Notes under the pieces: generated by a model | What the model saw: the letters and a program-made list of their open reading frames with translations, nothing else | Databases searched by the model: none | Told to the model about the DNA's origin: nothing | NCBI GenBank assembly: GCA_950097015.1 | Contig: CATNEN010000001.1 | Span: 16,430,001 to 16,494,000, forward strand | DNA: 64,000 nucleotides | Source of the DNA: Macrostomum hystrix | Lineage: Eukaryota; Animalia; Platyhelminthes | Direction: 5' to 3' | In this document: piece after piece, positions 12,560 to 26,350 of the stretch | How positions within the stretch are numbered: the first letter of the stretch is position 1 | How the letters are laid out: each line of letters opens with the position of its first letter | Made by a program: the position numbers and the translations under genes

Positions 12560-13220
12560 ATTGGGATCCGATTGTATCCGATCCTATTCTGGTTTGCCTT
12601 GATCCCAATCTAGTTATGCAATGATCTCAATCTAGTTATGTGAGGATCTCAATTTAGTTATGCAATAATCCCATTTTAGTTACGCCAAAAGATCCCAATT
12701 TAGCTAAGCAATGATCTCAGTTCTATTATGCAATGAACCCAATTTAGCTAAGCAATGATCTCAGTTCTGTTACGCCACAAACAAAATTTAGCTAAGCAAT
12801 GATCTCAGTTCTGTTATGCTATGAACCCAATTTAGCTATTGGGTTGGGAACCCAATTGGCTATTGGGAACCCAATCCGATCCTATTCTGGTTTGCCTTGA
12901 TCCCAACTCGTAGCAGAAAATTTTCATTACCTTACGGACGCCCCTCTTACTAATCATAATTCTGGTAAACAATGAATCCAATTTTCCATTCTTCAATGAT
13001 CCCATTCGTATCATGCCATGAGCCCAATTTCATTATGCGATAATTCCAATTCTGGTTTGCTATGATCCCAATTTAGTATGCAAGGATCCCAACTTAGTTA
13101 TGCCAAATGATCCCAATTACGCTAAGCAATGATCTCACTTCTGTTATGCCACAAACACAATTTAGCTAAGCAATGATCTCACTTCTGTTATGCCACAAAC
13201 ACAATTTAGCTAAGCAATGA
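12560..13220. repeat. Degenerate ~20-bp repeats (AATGATCCCAATTTAGYTA-like)
   Basis: Recurrent GATCCCAAT/GATCTCAGTT cores; also at 8215-8360 and 18472-18610. Confidence 0.7.
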
Positions 13221-16200
13221 TTTAGGATTGATATATAAGATTCTGTGCATTTAGGATTGGGATCTAAGAGATTCTATGAATTCAGGATTGGGATCTAAGA
13301 GATTCTATGAATTTAGGATTGGGATCTAAGAGATTCTATGAATTTAGGATTGGGATCTAAGAGATTCTCTGAATTTAGCATTGGGATCTAAGAGATTCTG
13401 TGAATTTAGGATTGGGATCTAAGAGATTCTGTGAATTTAGGATTGGGATCTAAGAGATCCCATGAATTTAGGATTGGGATCTAAGAGATTCTATGAATTT
13501 AGGATTGGGATCTAAGAGATTCTATGAATTTAGGATTGGGATATAAGAGATTCTATGAATTTAGGATTGGGATCTAAGAGATTCTGTGAATTTAGGATTG
13601 GGATTCAAGAGATTCTATGAATTTATGATTGGGATCTAAGAGATTCTATGAATTTAGGATTGGGATCTAAGAGATTCTGTGAATTTAGGATTGGGATACA
13701 AGAGATTCTATGAATTTATGATTGGGATCTCAGAGATTCTATGAATTTAGGATTGGGATCTAAGAGATTCTGTGAATTTAGGATTGGGATCTAAGAGATT
13801 CTGTGAATTTAGGATTGGGATCTAAGAGATCTCATGAATTTAGGATTGGGATCTAAGAGATTCTATGAATTTAGGATTGGGATATAAGAGATTCTATGAA
13901 TTTAGGATTGGGATATAAGAGATTCTATGAATTTAGGATTGGGATCTAAAAGATTCTGTGAATTTAGGATTGGGATTCAAGAGATTCTATGAACTTAGGA
14001 TTGGAATCTAAGAGATTCTGTGAATTTAGCATTGGGATCTAAGAGATTCTGTGAATTTAGGATTGGGATCTAAGAGATTCTGTGAATTTAGGATTGGGAT
14101 CTAAGAGATTCTGTGAATTTAGGATTGGGATCTAAGAGATTCTATGAATTTAGGATTGGGATCTAAGAGATTCTATGAATTTAGGATTGGGATCTAAGAG
14201 ATTCTGTGAATTTAGGATTGGGATCTAAGAGATTCTATGAATTTAGGATTGTGATATAAGAGATTCTGTGAATTTAGGATTGGGATCTAAGAGATTCTAT
14301 GAATTTAGGATTGGGATATAAGAGATTCTCTGAATTTAGCATTGGGATCTAAGAGATTCTGTGAATTTAGGATTGGGATTCAAGAGATTCTATGAATTTA
14401 TGATTGGGATCTAAGAGATTCTATGAATTTAGGATTGGGATCTAAGAGATTCTGTGAATTTAGGATTGGGATACAAGAGATTCTATGAATTTATGATTGG
14501 GATCTCAGAGATTCTATGAATTTAGGATTGGGATCTAAGAGATTCTGTGAATTTAGGATTGGGATCTAAGAGATTCTGTGAATTTAGGATTGGGATCTAA
14601 GAGATCTCATGAATTTAGGATTGGGATCTAAGAGATTCTATGAATTTAGGATTGGGATATAAGAGATTCTATGAATTTAGGATTGGGATATAAGAGATTC
14701 TATGAATTTAGGATTGGGATCTAAAAGATTCTGTGAATTTAGGATTGGGATTCAAGAGATTCTATGAACTTAGGATTGGAATCTAAGAGATTCTGTGAAT
14801 TTAGCATTGGGATCTAAGAGATTCTGTGAATTTAGGATTGGGATCTAAGAGATTCTGTGAATTTAGGATTGGGATCTAAGAGATTCTGTGAATTTAGGAT
14901 TGGGATCTAAGAGATTCTATGAATTTAGGATTGGGATCTAAGAGATTCTATGAATTTAGGATTGGGATCTAAGAGATTCTGTGAATTTAGGATTGGGATC
15001 TAAGAGATTCTATGAATTTAGGATTGTGATATAAGAGATTCTGTGAATTTAGGATTGGGATCTAAGAGATTCTATGAATTTAGGATTGGGATATAAGAGA
15101 TTCTCTGAATTTAGCATTGGGATCTAAGAGATTCTGTGAATTTAGGATTGGGATCTAAGAGATTCTGTGAATTTAGGATTGGGATCTAAGAGATTCTATG
15201 AATTTAGGATTGGGATCTAAGAGATTCAATGAATTTAGGATTGGGATCTAAGAGATTCTGTGAATTTAGGATTGGGATCTAAGAGATTCAATGAATTTAG
15301 GATTGGGATCTAAGAGATTCTATGAGATTAGGATTGGGATCTCAGAGATTCAATGAATTTAGGATTGGGATATAAGAGATTCTATGAATTTAGCATTGGG
15401 ATCTAAGAGATTCAATGAACTTAGGATTGGGATATAAGAGATTCTATGAATTTAGGATTGGGATCTAAGAGATTCTGTGAATTTAGGATTGGGATCTAAG
15501 AGATTCTGTGAATTTAGGATTGGGATCTAAGAGATTCTATGAATTTAGGATTGGGATCTATGAGATTCTATGAATTTAGGATTGGGATATAAGAGATTCT
15601 ATGAATTTAGGATTGGGATCTAAGAGATTCTGTGAATTTAGGATTGGGATCTAAGAGATTCTGTGAATTTAGGATTGGGATCTAAGAGATTCTATGAATT
15701 TAGCATTGGGATCTAAGAGATTCTATGAATTTAGGATTGGGATATAAGAGATTCTATGAATTTTGAATTGGGATCTAAGAGATCCCATGAATTTAGGATT
15801 GGGATTCAAGAGATTCTATGAATTTAGGATTGGGATCTAAGAGATTCAATGAATTTAGGATTGGGATCTAAGAGATTCTATGAGATTAGGATTGGGATCT
15901 CAGAGATTCAATGAACTTAGGATTGGGATCTAAGAGATTCTGTGAATTTAGGATTGGGATTCAAGAGATTCTATGAATTTATGATTGGGATCTAAGAGAT
16001 TCTATGAATTTAGGATTGGGATCTAAGAGATTCTGTGAATTTAGGATTGGGATACAAGAGATTCTATGAATTTATGATTGGGATCTCAGAGATTCTATGA
16101 ATTTAGGATTGGGATCTAAGAGATTCTGTGAATTTAGGATTGGGATCTAAGAGATTCTGTGAATTTAGGATTGGGATCTAAGAGATCTCATGAATTTAGG

Positions 16201-18472
16201 ATTGGGATCTAAGAGATTCTATGAATTTAGGATTGGGATATAAGAGATTCTATGAATTTAGGATTGGGATATAAGAGATTCTATGAATTTTGGATTGGGA
16301 TCTAAAAGATTCTGTGAATTTAGGATTGGGATTCAAGAGATTCTATGAACTTAGGATTGGAATCTAAGAGATTCTGTGAATTTAGCATTGGGATCTAAGA
16401 GATTCTGTGAATTTAGGATTGGGATCTAAGAGATTCTGTGAATTTAGGATTGGGATCTAAGAGATTCTGTGAATTTAGGATTGGGATCTAAGAGATTCTA
16501 TGAATTTAGGATTGGGATCTAAGAGATTCTATGAATTTAGGATTGGGATCTAAGAGATTCTGTGAATTTAGGATTGGGATCTAAGAGATTCTATGAATTT
16601 AGGATTGTGATATAAGAGATTCTGTGAATTTAGGATTGGGATCTAAGAGATTCTATGAATTTAGGATTGGGATATAAGAGATTCTCTGAATTTAGCATTG
16701 GGATCTAAGAGATTCTGTGAATTTAGGATTGGGATCTAAGAGATTCTGTGAATTTAGGATTGGGATCTAAGAGATTCTATGAATTTAGGATTGGGATCTA
16801 AGAGATTCAATGAATTTAGGATTGGGATCTAAGAGATTCTGTGAATTTAGGATTGGGATCTAAGAGATTCAATGAATTTAGGATTGGGATCTAAGAGATT
16901 CTATGAGATTAGGATTGGGATCTCAGAGATTCAATGAATTTAGGATTGGGATATAAGAGATTCTATGAATTTAGCATTGGGATCTAAGAGATTCAATGAA
17001 CTTAGGATTGGGATATAAGAGATTCTATGAATTTAGGATTGGGATCTAAGAGATTCTGTGAATTTAGGATTGGGATCTAAGAGATTCTGTGAATTTAGGA
17101 TTGGGATCTAAGAGATTCTATGAATTTAGGATTGGGATCTATGAGATTCTATGAATTTAGGATTGGGATATAAGAGATTCTATGAATTTAGGATTGGGAT
17201 CTAAGAGATTCTGTGAATTTAGGATTGGGATCTAAGAGATTCTGTGAATTTAGGATTGGGATCTAAGAGATTCTATGAATTTAGCATTGGGATCTAAGAG
17301 ATTCTATGAATTTAGGATTGGGATATAAGAGATTCTATGAATTTTGGATTGGGATCTAAGAGATCCCATGAATTTAGGATTGGGATTCAAGAGATTCTAT
17401 GAATTTAGGATTGGGATCTAAGAGATTCAATGAATTTAGGATTGGGATCTAAGAGATTCTATGAGATTAGGATTGGGATCTCAGAGATTCAATGAACTTA
17501 GGATTGGGATCTAAGAGATTCTGTGAATTTAGCATTGGGATATAAGAGATTCTGTGAATTTAGGATTGGGATCTAGGAGATTCTATGAATTTAGCATTGG
17601 GATCTAAGAGATTCCATGAACTTAGGATTGGGATCTAAGAGATTCAATGAACTTAGGATTGGAATCTAAGAGATTCTGTGAATTTAGCATTGGGATCTAA
17701 GAGATTCTGTGAATTTAGGATTGGGATCTAGGAGATTCTATGAATTTAGGATTGGGATCTAAGAGATTCTATGAATTTAGGATTGGGATCTAAGAGATTC
17801 TGTGAATTTAGGATTGGGATCTAGGAGATTCTATGAATTTAGGATTGGGATCTAAGAGATTCTATGAATTTAGGATTGGGATCTAAGAGATTCTGTGAAT
17901 TTAGGATTGGGATCTAAGAGATTCTGTGAATTTAGGATTGGGATCTAAGAGATTCTATGAGATTAGGATTGGGATCTCAGAGATTCAATGAACTTAGGAT
18001 TGGGATCTAAGAGATTCTGTGAATTTAGCATTGGGATCTAAGAGATTCTGTGAATTTAGGATTGGGATCTAGGAGATTCTATGAATTTAGCATTGGGATC
18101 TAAGAGATTCCATGAACTTAGGATTGGGATCTAAGAGATTCAATGAACTTAGGATTGGAATCTAAGAGATTCTGTGAATTTAGCATTGGGATCTAAGAGA
18201 TTCTGTGAATTTAGGATTGGGATCTAGGAGATTCTATGAATTTAGGTTTGGGATCTAAGAGATTCTATGAATTTAGGATTGGGATCTAAGAGATTCTGTG
18301 AATTTAGGATTGGGATCTAGGAGATTCTATGAATTTAGGATTGGGATCTAAGAGATTCTATGAATTTAGGATTGGGATCTAAGAGATTCTGTGAATTTAG
18401 GATTGGGATCTAAGAGATTCTGTGAATTTAGGATTGGGATCTAAGAGATTCTGTGAGTTTAGGATTGGGATC
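13220..18472. repeat. 31-bp minisatellite, ~5.25 kb (~170 copies) with higher-order duplications
   Basis: 31-bp period. Variant monomers recur at 775, 1581 and 496 bp (25, 51 and 16 monomers). Confidence 0.97.
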
Positions 18473-18777
18473 TGTTATGCTCAGTTCTGTTATGCCACAA
18501 ACACAATTTAGCTAAGCAACGATCTCAGTTCTGTTATGCAATGAACCCAATTTAGCTAATCATTTTGCCTAGGTAATCCCTGATCTCAATTCCATTATGA
18601 TCCCATCTAATTTGAATTTATTAGGTGAATAAAGCAGGATTTGCCTGATATGTCTCAGCGGGCCATTTACATATCAGGATAAACTACTTGTGATCACTAT
18701 TAAACACAGATACCAATGCGACACTCACAGACAAAATGACACAAGTAATACTCACTTCAATGACGCCTGGAAATCGC

Positions 18778-21700
18778 CTAATCTCCAGTGAGCACTTCTG
18801 GATACACCACGTTTCTGGTCTTGGTGCCACAGATCCGGACGCGAACATTCGCGGCGTTCTTCGCCCGTGACAGCGCCGTGTACAGCTGACCATGAGTGAA
18901 GCAACCGACAGCCAGGTCAACTCCAACGGTCTCCAGGGATTGTCCTTGTGCTTTGTGTATTGTAAGGCAGAAGCTCGGCTTCACCGGAAACTGCAGCCGC
19001 TTGAAACTCACTGGTAGATCCGCATTGTTTGGAATCAGCGGAATTCGCGGCAGCAGGATCTCGTCTCCAGTGAACTGACCGGCGGCAATCTTGCAGCGCA
19101 GCACATTATCGCCCATCGTGAGAACGATGAGCCGTGTACCGTTGCACAGCCGCGGCGGGTTGATATTCCGAAGAAGCACCAGCGGCATGCCCACCTTGAT
19201 CCTGAGCAGATAAGTTGGAAAATTCGGGGCATCCAGCTGGTTTAGCAACTCCGTCGGGAAATGCGTAGCGGCCTCCTCATCAGCCAGGCTGTCTACAGAG
19301 CGATACTCTCGCAGGCAACCCGGGAAAATGCCCAGACACGTCTCGTTGATGGCATCAACAGAGTCGTTGTACGGCGCCAGTATCGCTCGACTTGCAAAAT
19401 AGTCGTCCCGCTCCGCTGATTCTTCAAACGACGGGTACACGAACTTGATCAGGTCATTCAGCGGAGCCTCTGCAGAAATCACCATCTCAGCGGGAAGGGA
19501 CACCTTCTCCTCAGCATCCTGCTCGATTGTCCCGGTTCCGATCTGTGAAAAGAAAAGCAATAAAAACATGAAACATAATATTCGCAATGATTCGCGAGAA
19601 AAAATGATTTTTACACCCCATTCTCACCTGCATGAGTAGCTCCGTGAACTTCTGGTACATCGCTGGCTCGGAGCTGCACAGCAGACGAATGTTTCTCGTC
19701 AAGCGATGTCGCTTGAAAAGTTTCCACAGCGAAGATCTGCAGACACGCCATGACGCTGTTGGCGCGGGTTCCATTCACTACGACAGGCAGGAGCTGGCGG
19801 AAGTCACCGGAACACACCAGAGTGACTCCTCCAAATGGCTTGTCCTGCTTCCGAACGTCTCGCAGACACCTGTCCACGGATTCCAGATCCTTTCGATTGG
19901 TCATGGAGATCTCGTCCCAGACAATCAGCCGAACTCTACGAAACACTTCCGCTTGCTTGGACTGCGCGCCAACAGCGCAGACATCCTTGTTGGATCGGAG
20001 CAGCCGGACTGGGATCTTGAACCTAGAGTGAAGTTGTCATAGGTAGAATCGATTAGAAACGCGACTCTATAAAATTCAGAAGCATTCCCCTAATCTAAAA
20101 AACTTACGTGGAATGCGCAGTCTGTCCGCCTGGCAGCAGAGTCGCTGCGATTCCAGACGCCGCAACGGCCAGGGCGAGTTCACCGCGGCTGCGCACGAAG
20201 GCCAGCAAAACCTCCAGCAGGAAGGTCTTGCCAGTGCCAGCGGGCGCGTCCAGGAAGTGCAAACCGCCCGAGCCGGCCACAAGATCCGCAGTCACCGACT
20301 CGTACACCGCAATCTGCTCCTCCGTCAGCATTGACAGTCTCGCTTCCCGGATCTCGGCCTGTTCAACCGGGTCGAACTGCATCGGTCCGACTTGAGGCGG
20401 CACGGAGGCCGCAGGCAAGCCGTACTCGGGCAGGCTGTGACCGCCCATGGAGGTCAGCATGCTCTGCAGCTCGCGCAGCGCCAGGTCGGTGATTTCCTCA
20501 GCGCTCAGATCTCGGTGGTGAAACCGCAGGTCCTCGCACAGATCCTCGGCGAATGTGCACCACAGATCGCTGCCATCCTCAGGGTTGCCCCAAATCAGAA
20601 TGACAGCCAGCAGGTGCCTGAGAGCTCTCGGCATTCGCGACTGGACTGCCTCGGCTAGGCAGCGCCGCCAGTGGTCGTCTCGTTGCAGCAGACCCAGGGC
20701 CGTGCAAGCAGCCTTGGCGCTGGGACACAGCACTCCGTCCACAGTGTGCAGCGCCTCGAAGCTGGTTGGCCCTCTAACCTGCAGGAGGAGCATTCGCATA
20801 TAAAACAGATCCCCTGCTCTCGGACTCACCGTGTACATTCGGGCAATGTTCGTGTTGTGCACAACACCAGGGTGGCCCTCAACTCTCGAACCCTTCTTGG
20901 CGCGGCGCCACTCCCTCTCGCTGTGGTGCCACACGAAGTAGGACGGCACCTCGGTGTACACCAGGCCTCTAGCGAATTCATCAGTGCGGCACAGCTTGAA
21001 GAAAGCCGTCAGCGTCGAATCTCTGGGCGCCCTGGCCTTTGTGCTCGCATTTTGCTCGTTGAAATACACGAGCTGCTCGTTAGACTTGTGCACGCACAAT
21101 CGGATCACAGCCGGAAATCTGTTGTGCACCTGTTGTGTTTTAGTTTAAAAACCAAATTATTATTTTCCCATTCTTTGCTCCTAGCACTGCCTTGCAAACA
21201 TCTATGACTTACTTCAAAGCCCAAGATGGTATTCACGGCTTCCATTGGGCCTATGTAGCGCGCCAGCAGATACTCCTTGATCTCATTTCGCCCCTCCTTC
21301 TTGGCTTGAGTCGGAGCCTTGCTAGCTGAACCTTCCTGTCGTTCGCCATCCGCAGCCTGCTCTCCTGGCCCGCTCGGCTTCTTGTTTGCCTCGAACTTGA
21401 ACGACGCCATGTCGCCGCCTTTTAGCAAGTACTTGATCACGTACTTGACCGACTTGACGGTGGCACAAACTTCAAAGTTCATGTGGCATTCGAAAAGGAG
21501 CAGCAGGCCCGGGTTGTATGGTACAACCCACCTGTATTTGTGCCAGGAAAAGAATTGCTAATTAATGATTTATGTATTCTAGCAATGGTAAATTAAACTT
21601 ACAGTAAATAAACAATTTAGCAATATAAATAAACTAAACACAAGGCTAAACTAAGTACTTTGCTTTCGTATTAAAGAATCAACCTTTCAATCAAGTCTGA

Positions 21701-24700
21701 AAAAACACCAACACCTCCTCACTCACCTGTTGTCCATGCGAATGCTGCGGCCTTTGAATAGTTTGTCCACCGTGAATCCGCCCATCTCAGGGGACAGCCT
21801 GCGATACAATGGGTAGCCAGTATCGCTGGTTAGGGTCGCCTGCTGGAACTCCTTCGGGAAGCCCTTGCTGCACTGGCCGTCCACCATGCACGGGCAGGCT
21901 GGATTTACCACGCCGCAGGGGCCATGGATCATGTGAGTCTTCACCAGCTCGTGCAGCCTCGGCTGCTGCTGTGGGTCCGGGATCTCAGCGGACACGATTT
22001 TGTCGTAGCGGTCCGGAGTCACTCTCTGTCCACTGACCAGCCAGAGCAGAAAGTGCACATGGGGGAGACCTGCGGAAGACATAAATAAATAAGTGATTCA
22101 AAGCAACGTATGATTGCGAAATCCCTTGCATAAAAATATGGATAGCTAAACCTGGACTGTATAGCAATGCAATCCTTGAACTCAAAAGTCTGTAATTACA
22201 GAAAGAAAATTGAAACCGCAAATCGCTCACTTACCGCGCTTCTGATACTCCAGAGAGCAAACATGTGCGGCCTCCTTTCCAAAGCGCTTCCTCAGCTCGG
22301 CAAGCAGAGCCTTCTTCTTCAGCTCGAAAACGCGCGTGACAATATCCGGCCGGTCCTCAGGTCGCTGTCCAGGTAGCAGCTGTGCGCTGATTTCCGTCCA
22401 CTTAGGGTTGCACGTCGCCGTGACAAACAGGTCCGGCTTGCCAAACTTTTGTACGTAGGTCATGGCGTCTTGCAGCCTCTCCATCAGGTACCTTGGCCCG
22501 CCAACGAAGCTGGAGGACAGGAATACGTGCGCAGGCTTGCCAATATCAGTCGGATTTGTGTCGGTCGACCTGCCATCAGCAGCGAATAGAGCGTCTCGCA
22601 GACCGCTGTACGTCTCACTGCGCAGGTCGCTCTGATGGGTCCGCAGATAGAGCAGCCTCTCTGACTCAATCTTGGCGCACATATCCACCAGGTACTGCTG
22701 GAACAGCCTCCGTCCGTAGTGCAGCAAGCTGCTCTGGCCAGCTCGCACCATGATTTCGCTGGCATAGTACTTCATCGGCGTCAGCTTGCGGCCATTGCTC
22801 ATGCGCAGCTCAGGGTGCCAGCCGTCCTCGCCATGGGGGAACAGCAACACGTACTCCAGTGCATCATACGATCGGTGCGTTTTGCTAATCCTCTTGTAGC
22901 CGCCACCCCGCAGTTGAATGACAACATCTCGGCTAGTTGCTGGCTCATCACCGTCTTCAGGGGCCTCAGTATCCTCAGTGTCCTTAACAATGAGGATGCC
23001 GACCTCGTTTGCCGTGGGCAAATTGTAGCGCCTGATTTTGAACGGTAGTAACAAATGCTTTTAACAAAACTCTTTACAACGGTAAACATTTCTGTGTACA
23101 CAGGCACAAAGCTTTAAAAGACAGGTTTTAAAATGTGTTCGAATCCCTTTTCAGTTATTGTTAGCTCACCGAATGTGTTCCCCAGAAGGCCTCCGGTCCG
23201 GGTGAATCACGATTCGCGCATCCACAAGCTCCGGATCCTCCATGATCCGCTGTGCTGCAGCCTTCAGGCTCCGAACGTAAAGGTTGCACTCGTGAAGCAA
23301 CGTCTGTAGCAGCTCATGTAGCTCTGGCTTCACCCTATCGCTCAGACTCTGCTGGCTTTCGAGTTCGCGGTCAGTGAAGTACACCTGCCAGCCGCGAGGA
23401 ACAGCAGACGCTTCAGCAAACAGCGGCATAGCAGTGTGGTGCAGCTGACCGCTGATGATGTAGCTGGGATTCCAGCCTGGCACCAACCGCGGCTTGGCAC
23501 TCAGCGAGGTCAGGTGCAGCACAGAGTTGTAGCTCCGGATGTTGGTCAGGAACTCTGAGCTCATGCCATGCCGGCCCATGTACAGGTCAGCCAGCAGCTG
23601 TGGCACAGTCCGGGTGGGCAGCTTCACCTTGCCGCCAGCACAGCAGAAATTGCCCGTCTCCATGCGGAACAGCTTGGCACCGCAATGGTTGCATGCCCAG
23701 TCCATTGGCCCGCAGTCATGGGCTGGGGCTTCTGGCCTCGCCATCGTCTCAGGCCTGATAAAAAATGGAATGTATCTCTTAGTAACTGTTAAATGTAAAT
23801 GTAACTGTTAATTGTGTGTCAGTTTACCTTGCAGTAGCGGGTCCGTCTTCAGCGCGGCCCGCAGTCTCATGTTCCGCCGGCATCGCGCTGGGGCCCTTGG
23901 CCTTTTTGGTCTTCTTGGCAGGAGTTCTGCTTGCTGCCAGGCTTGGGAACTCAGCATCTGTAAAGGCTTGCAAAGGCTCTCGAAGTCTCAGTGACTCGTA
24001 ATGTTCATGGCGCAAAAGCACACGCACAATGGCATTAGGAGGGCGCAAATTAGCCCTGAAATATTGCATCACACTACCATTGGCCTGGTAAATGACCAGG
24101 TCCACATTAAAGCAGCGGCTCAACAAAGAGGCAACTTCATCTGAAACATAAATTCCTGCTTGAAAAGAGGAATTCACGATCTCATCAGCACTTTCAGGTG
24201 CAATAAGGCCATCTGCAACCAGCTGTGGCATGAGTTCTGCAACACGGCAAGACAAGTCCTGCCGCAGGGAGGCTGCGTCAGTTTCCAGCGGGGTTCCACG
24301 CAGCTGATCACACACAGCATAAAAAAAGCAATTGCCATCACCAACAATGGGGATTACCTGCAACTGCTCAAAGGGTACAATAGATTCTGTACCTTGCTGC
24401 TGAGTGTCCGACCTAAGGGGCAATGGGTGAACGTAAGCACAGCTGCCTTAATTGGCTTTTTAAGACAATTCATTCCTCAAAAATCGCTGTCCGCTTAATT
24501 TATACAGAATAAAATGGATACTACAAATTATCCCCTTCAAGGCAATTCAGAAAAAAAAGAAAAATAAAGACTTGTTATAAAACGGCCATAAAACTCACCT
24601 AGAAACCACAGCTCCACGGCGACGAATGCGATCGGCTTCCAATCGGGCAGCCTGCTCTGCCTCAGTCTCAGCATGTCTGCGCTGAGCAATCCGCTGCCGC

Positions 24701-25008
24701 TGTTCTTCCAATCGGGCAGCCCGCTCTGCCTCAGTCTCATCATGTCTGCGCTGAGCATCCCGCTGCCGCTGTTCTTCCAGTCGGGCAGCCCGCTCTGCCT
24801 CAGTCTCAGCATGTCTGCGCTGAGCATCCCGCTGCCGCTGTTCTTCCAGTCGGGCAGCCCGCTCTGCCTCAGTCTCAGCATGTCTGCACTGAGCATTCCG
24901 CTGCCGCTGTTCTTCCAGTCGGGCAGCCCGCTCTGCCTCGGATTCTGCCTGTCGCCGTCGCTTGGCATCGCGGCTCTTCTTTAAACTGCTGGCGCCGCGT
25001 CGAACCAT
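18778..25008 (-). pseudogene. Helitron RepHel transposase copy A, full length (~1740 aa; exons 25008-24599, 24412-23828, 23754-23170, 23031-22235, 22069-21727, 21531-21213, 21129-20108, 20022-19628, 19542-18778), with one 2-bp frameshift near 19744
   Basis: 23-aa ETEAERAARL repeats; OTU GDGNCFF...HYE; CNHC..CC zinc cluster; Rep motifs PDLFVTATCNPKW, EYQKRGLPHVH and KYVIKY; Pif1 motifs APAGTGKT, DEISM, GDFRQLLPV, TIHKAQGQSL and HGQLYTALSR. Exon 8 is 395 bp versus 397 bp in copy C. Confidence 0.95.
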
Positions 25009-25429
25009 GATTGAGAAATGAGAGCAAAAAGAAATAATTGAGAAATAATGATATGGTTTGAAAGATGAAAATTTGTGAGTTCGGATGTCTGAAGAATCAG
25101 ATAAGGCGCCCTTTAGCCAATCTAATTTGCAGGCTTTTTATTATCCAGTGGGCTGAATCGGAGCTTATCTTAAGACGCAGGGTAAAAACTGAAAAATCGA
25201 TAAAGAAAACGGGGGTCTAAATCTAAAAAACCTATGATTTGGGGTGTGGGCTCTCCAGGCCCGTGCGTCCACATTCCGGGGCAGTCGGCTCACAATGTAC
25301 ACTGGACAGTGAGAAAAGCTGTGGGGTTGACACGGTTATGTACATTTGACACACTGAAATTCTTATCAGTGTTATAACCAGTATCACTGATATCATTGAT
25401 ATCATCAATATCATCAAACTGGCTTTGCA

Positions 25430-26350
25430 AAACTGGTTTTGCCATTATTCAAACTCTGGTTCGCTATGATTCAAACGATGCTTTAGCCATGATTCAAACA
25501 ATGGTTTAGCCATGATTTAAACAATGGTTTAGCCATGATTCAAACAATGGTTTAGCCACGATTCAAACAATGGTTTAGCCATGATTTAAACGATGGTTTA
25601 GCCATGATTCAAACTCTGGTTTAGCCATGATTCAAACAATGGTTTAGCCATGATTTAAACGATGGTTTAGCCATGATTCAAACTCTGGTTCGCTATGATT
25701 CAAACGATGCTTTAGCCATGATTCAAACAATGGTTTAGCCATGATTTAAACAATGGTTTAGCCATGATTCAAACAATGGTTTAGCCATGATTCAAACTCT
25801 GGTTTAGCCATGATTCAAACGATGGTTTAGCCATGATTCACACTCTGGTTTAGCCATGATTCAAACTCTGGTTTAGCAATGATTCAAACTCTGGTTTAGC
25901 CATGATTGAGACTCTGGTTTAGCCATGATTCAGACTCTGGTTTAGCCATGATTCAGACTCTGGTTTAGCTATGATTCAAACTCTGCTTTAGCCATGATTG
26001 AGACTCTGGTTTAGCCATGATTGAGACTCTGGTTTAGCCATGATTGAGACTCTGGTTTAGCCATGATTCAGACTCTGGTTTAGCTATGATTCAGACTCTG
26101 GTTTAGCCATGATTCAGACTCTGGTTTAGCTATGATTCAAACTCTGGTTTAGCCATGATTGAGACTCTGGTTTAGCCATGATTGAGACTCTGGTTTAGCT
26201 ATGATTCAGACTCTTGTTTAACCATGATTAAAACTCAGTTTTAGCAATGATTCGAACTCTGGTTTAGCAATGATTCAGAATCTGGTTTAGCCATGATTCA
26301 GACTCTGGTTTAGCCATGATTCAAACTCTATTTTTGCATTATTCAAACTC
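25430..26350. repeat. 23-bp minisatellite (TAGCCATGATTCAAACWMTGGTT)n, 5'-subterminal
   Basis: About 40 tandem copies between the RepHel upstream region and the 5' terminus. Confidence 0.95.

Noticed and set aside
13220-18472. CRISPR-like regular 31-bp repeats
   Set aside because: There are no unique spacers and no cas genes, and the context is eukaryotic.
19632-22753. Long ORFs antisense to RepHel (also opposite copies B and C)
   Set aside because: Shadow ORFs of GC-rich coding sequence.
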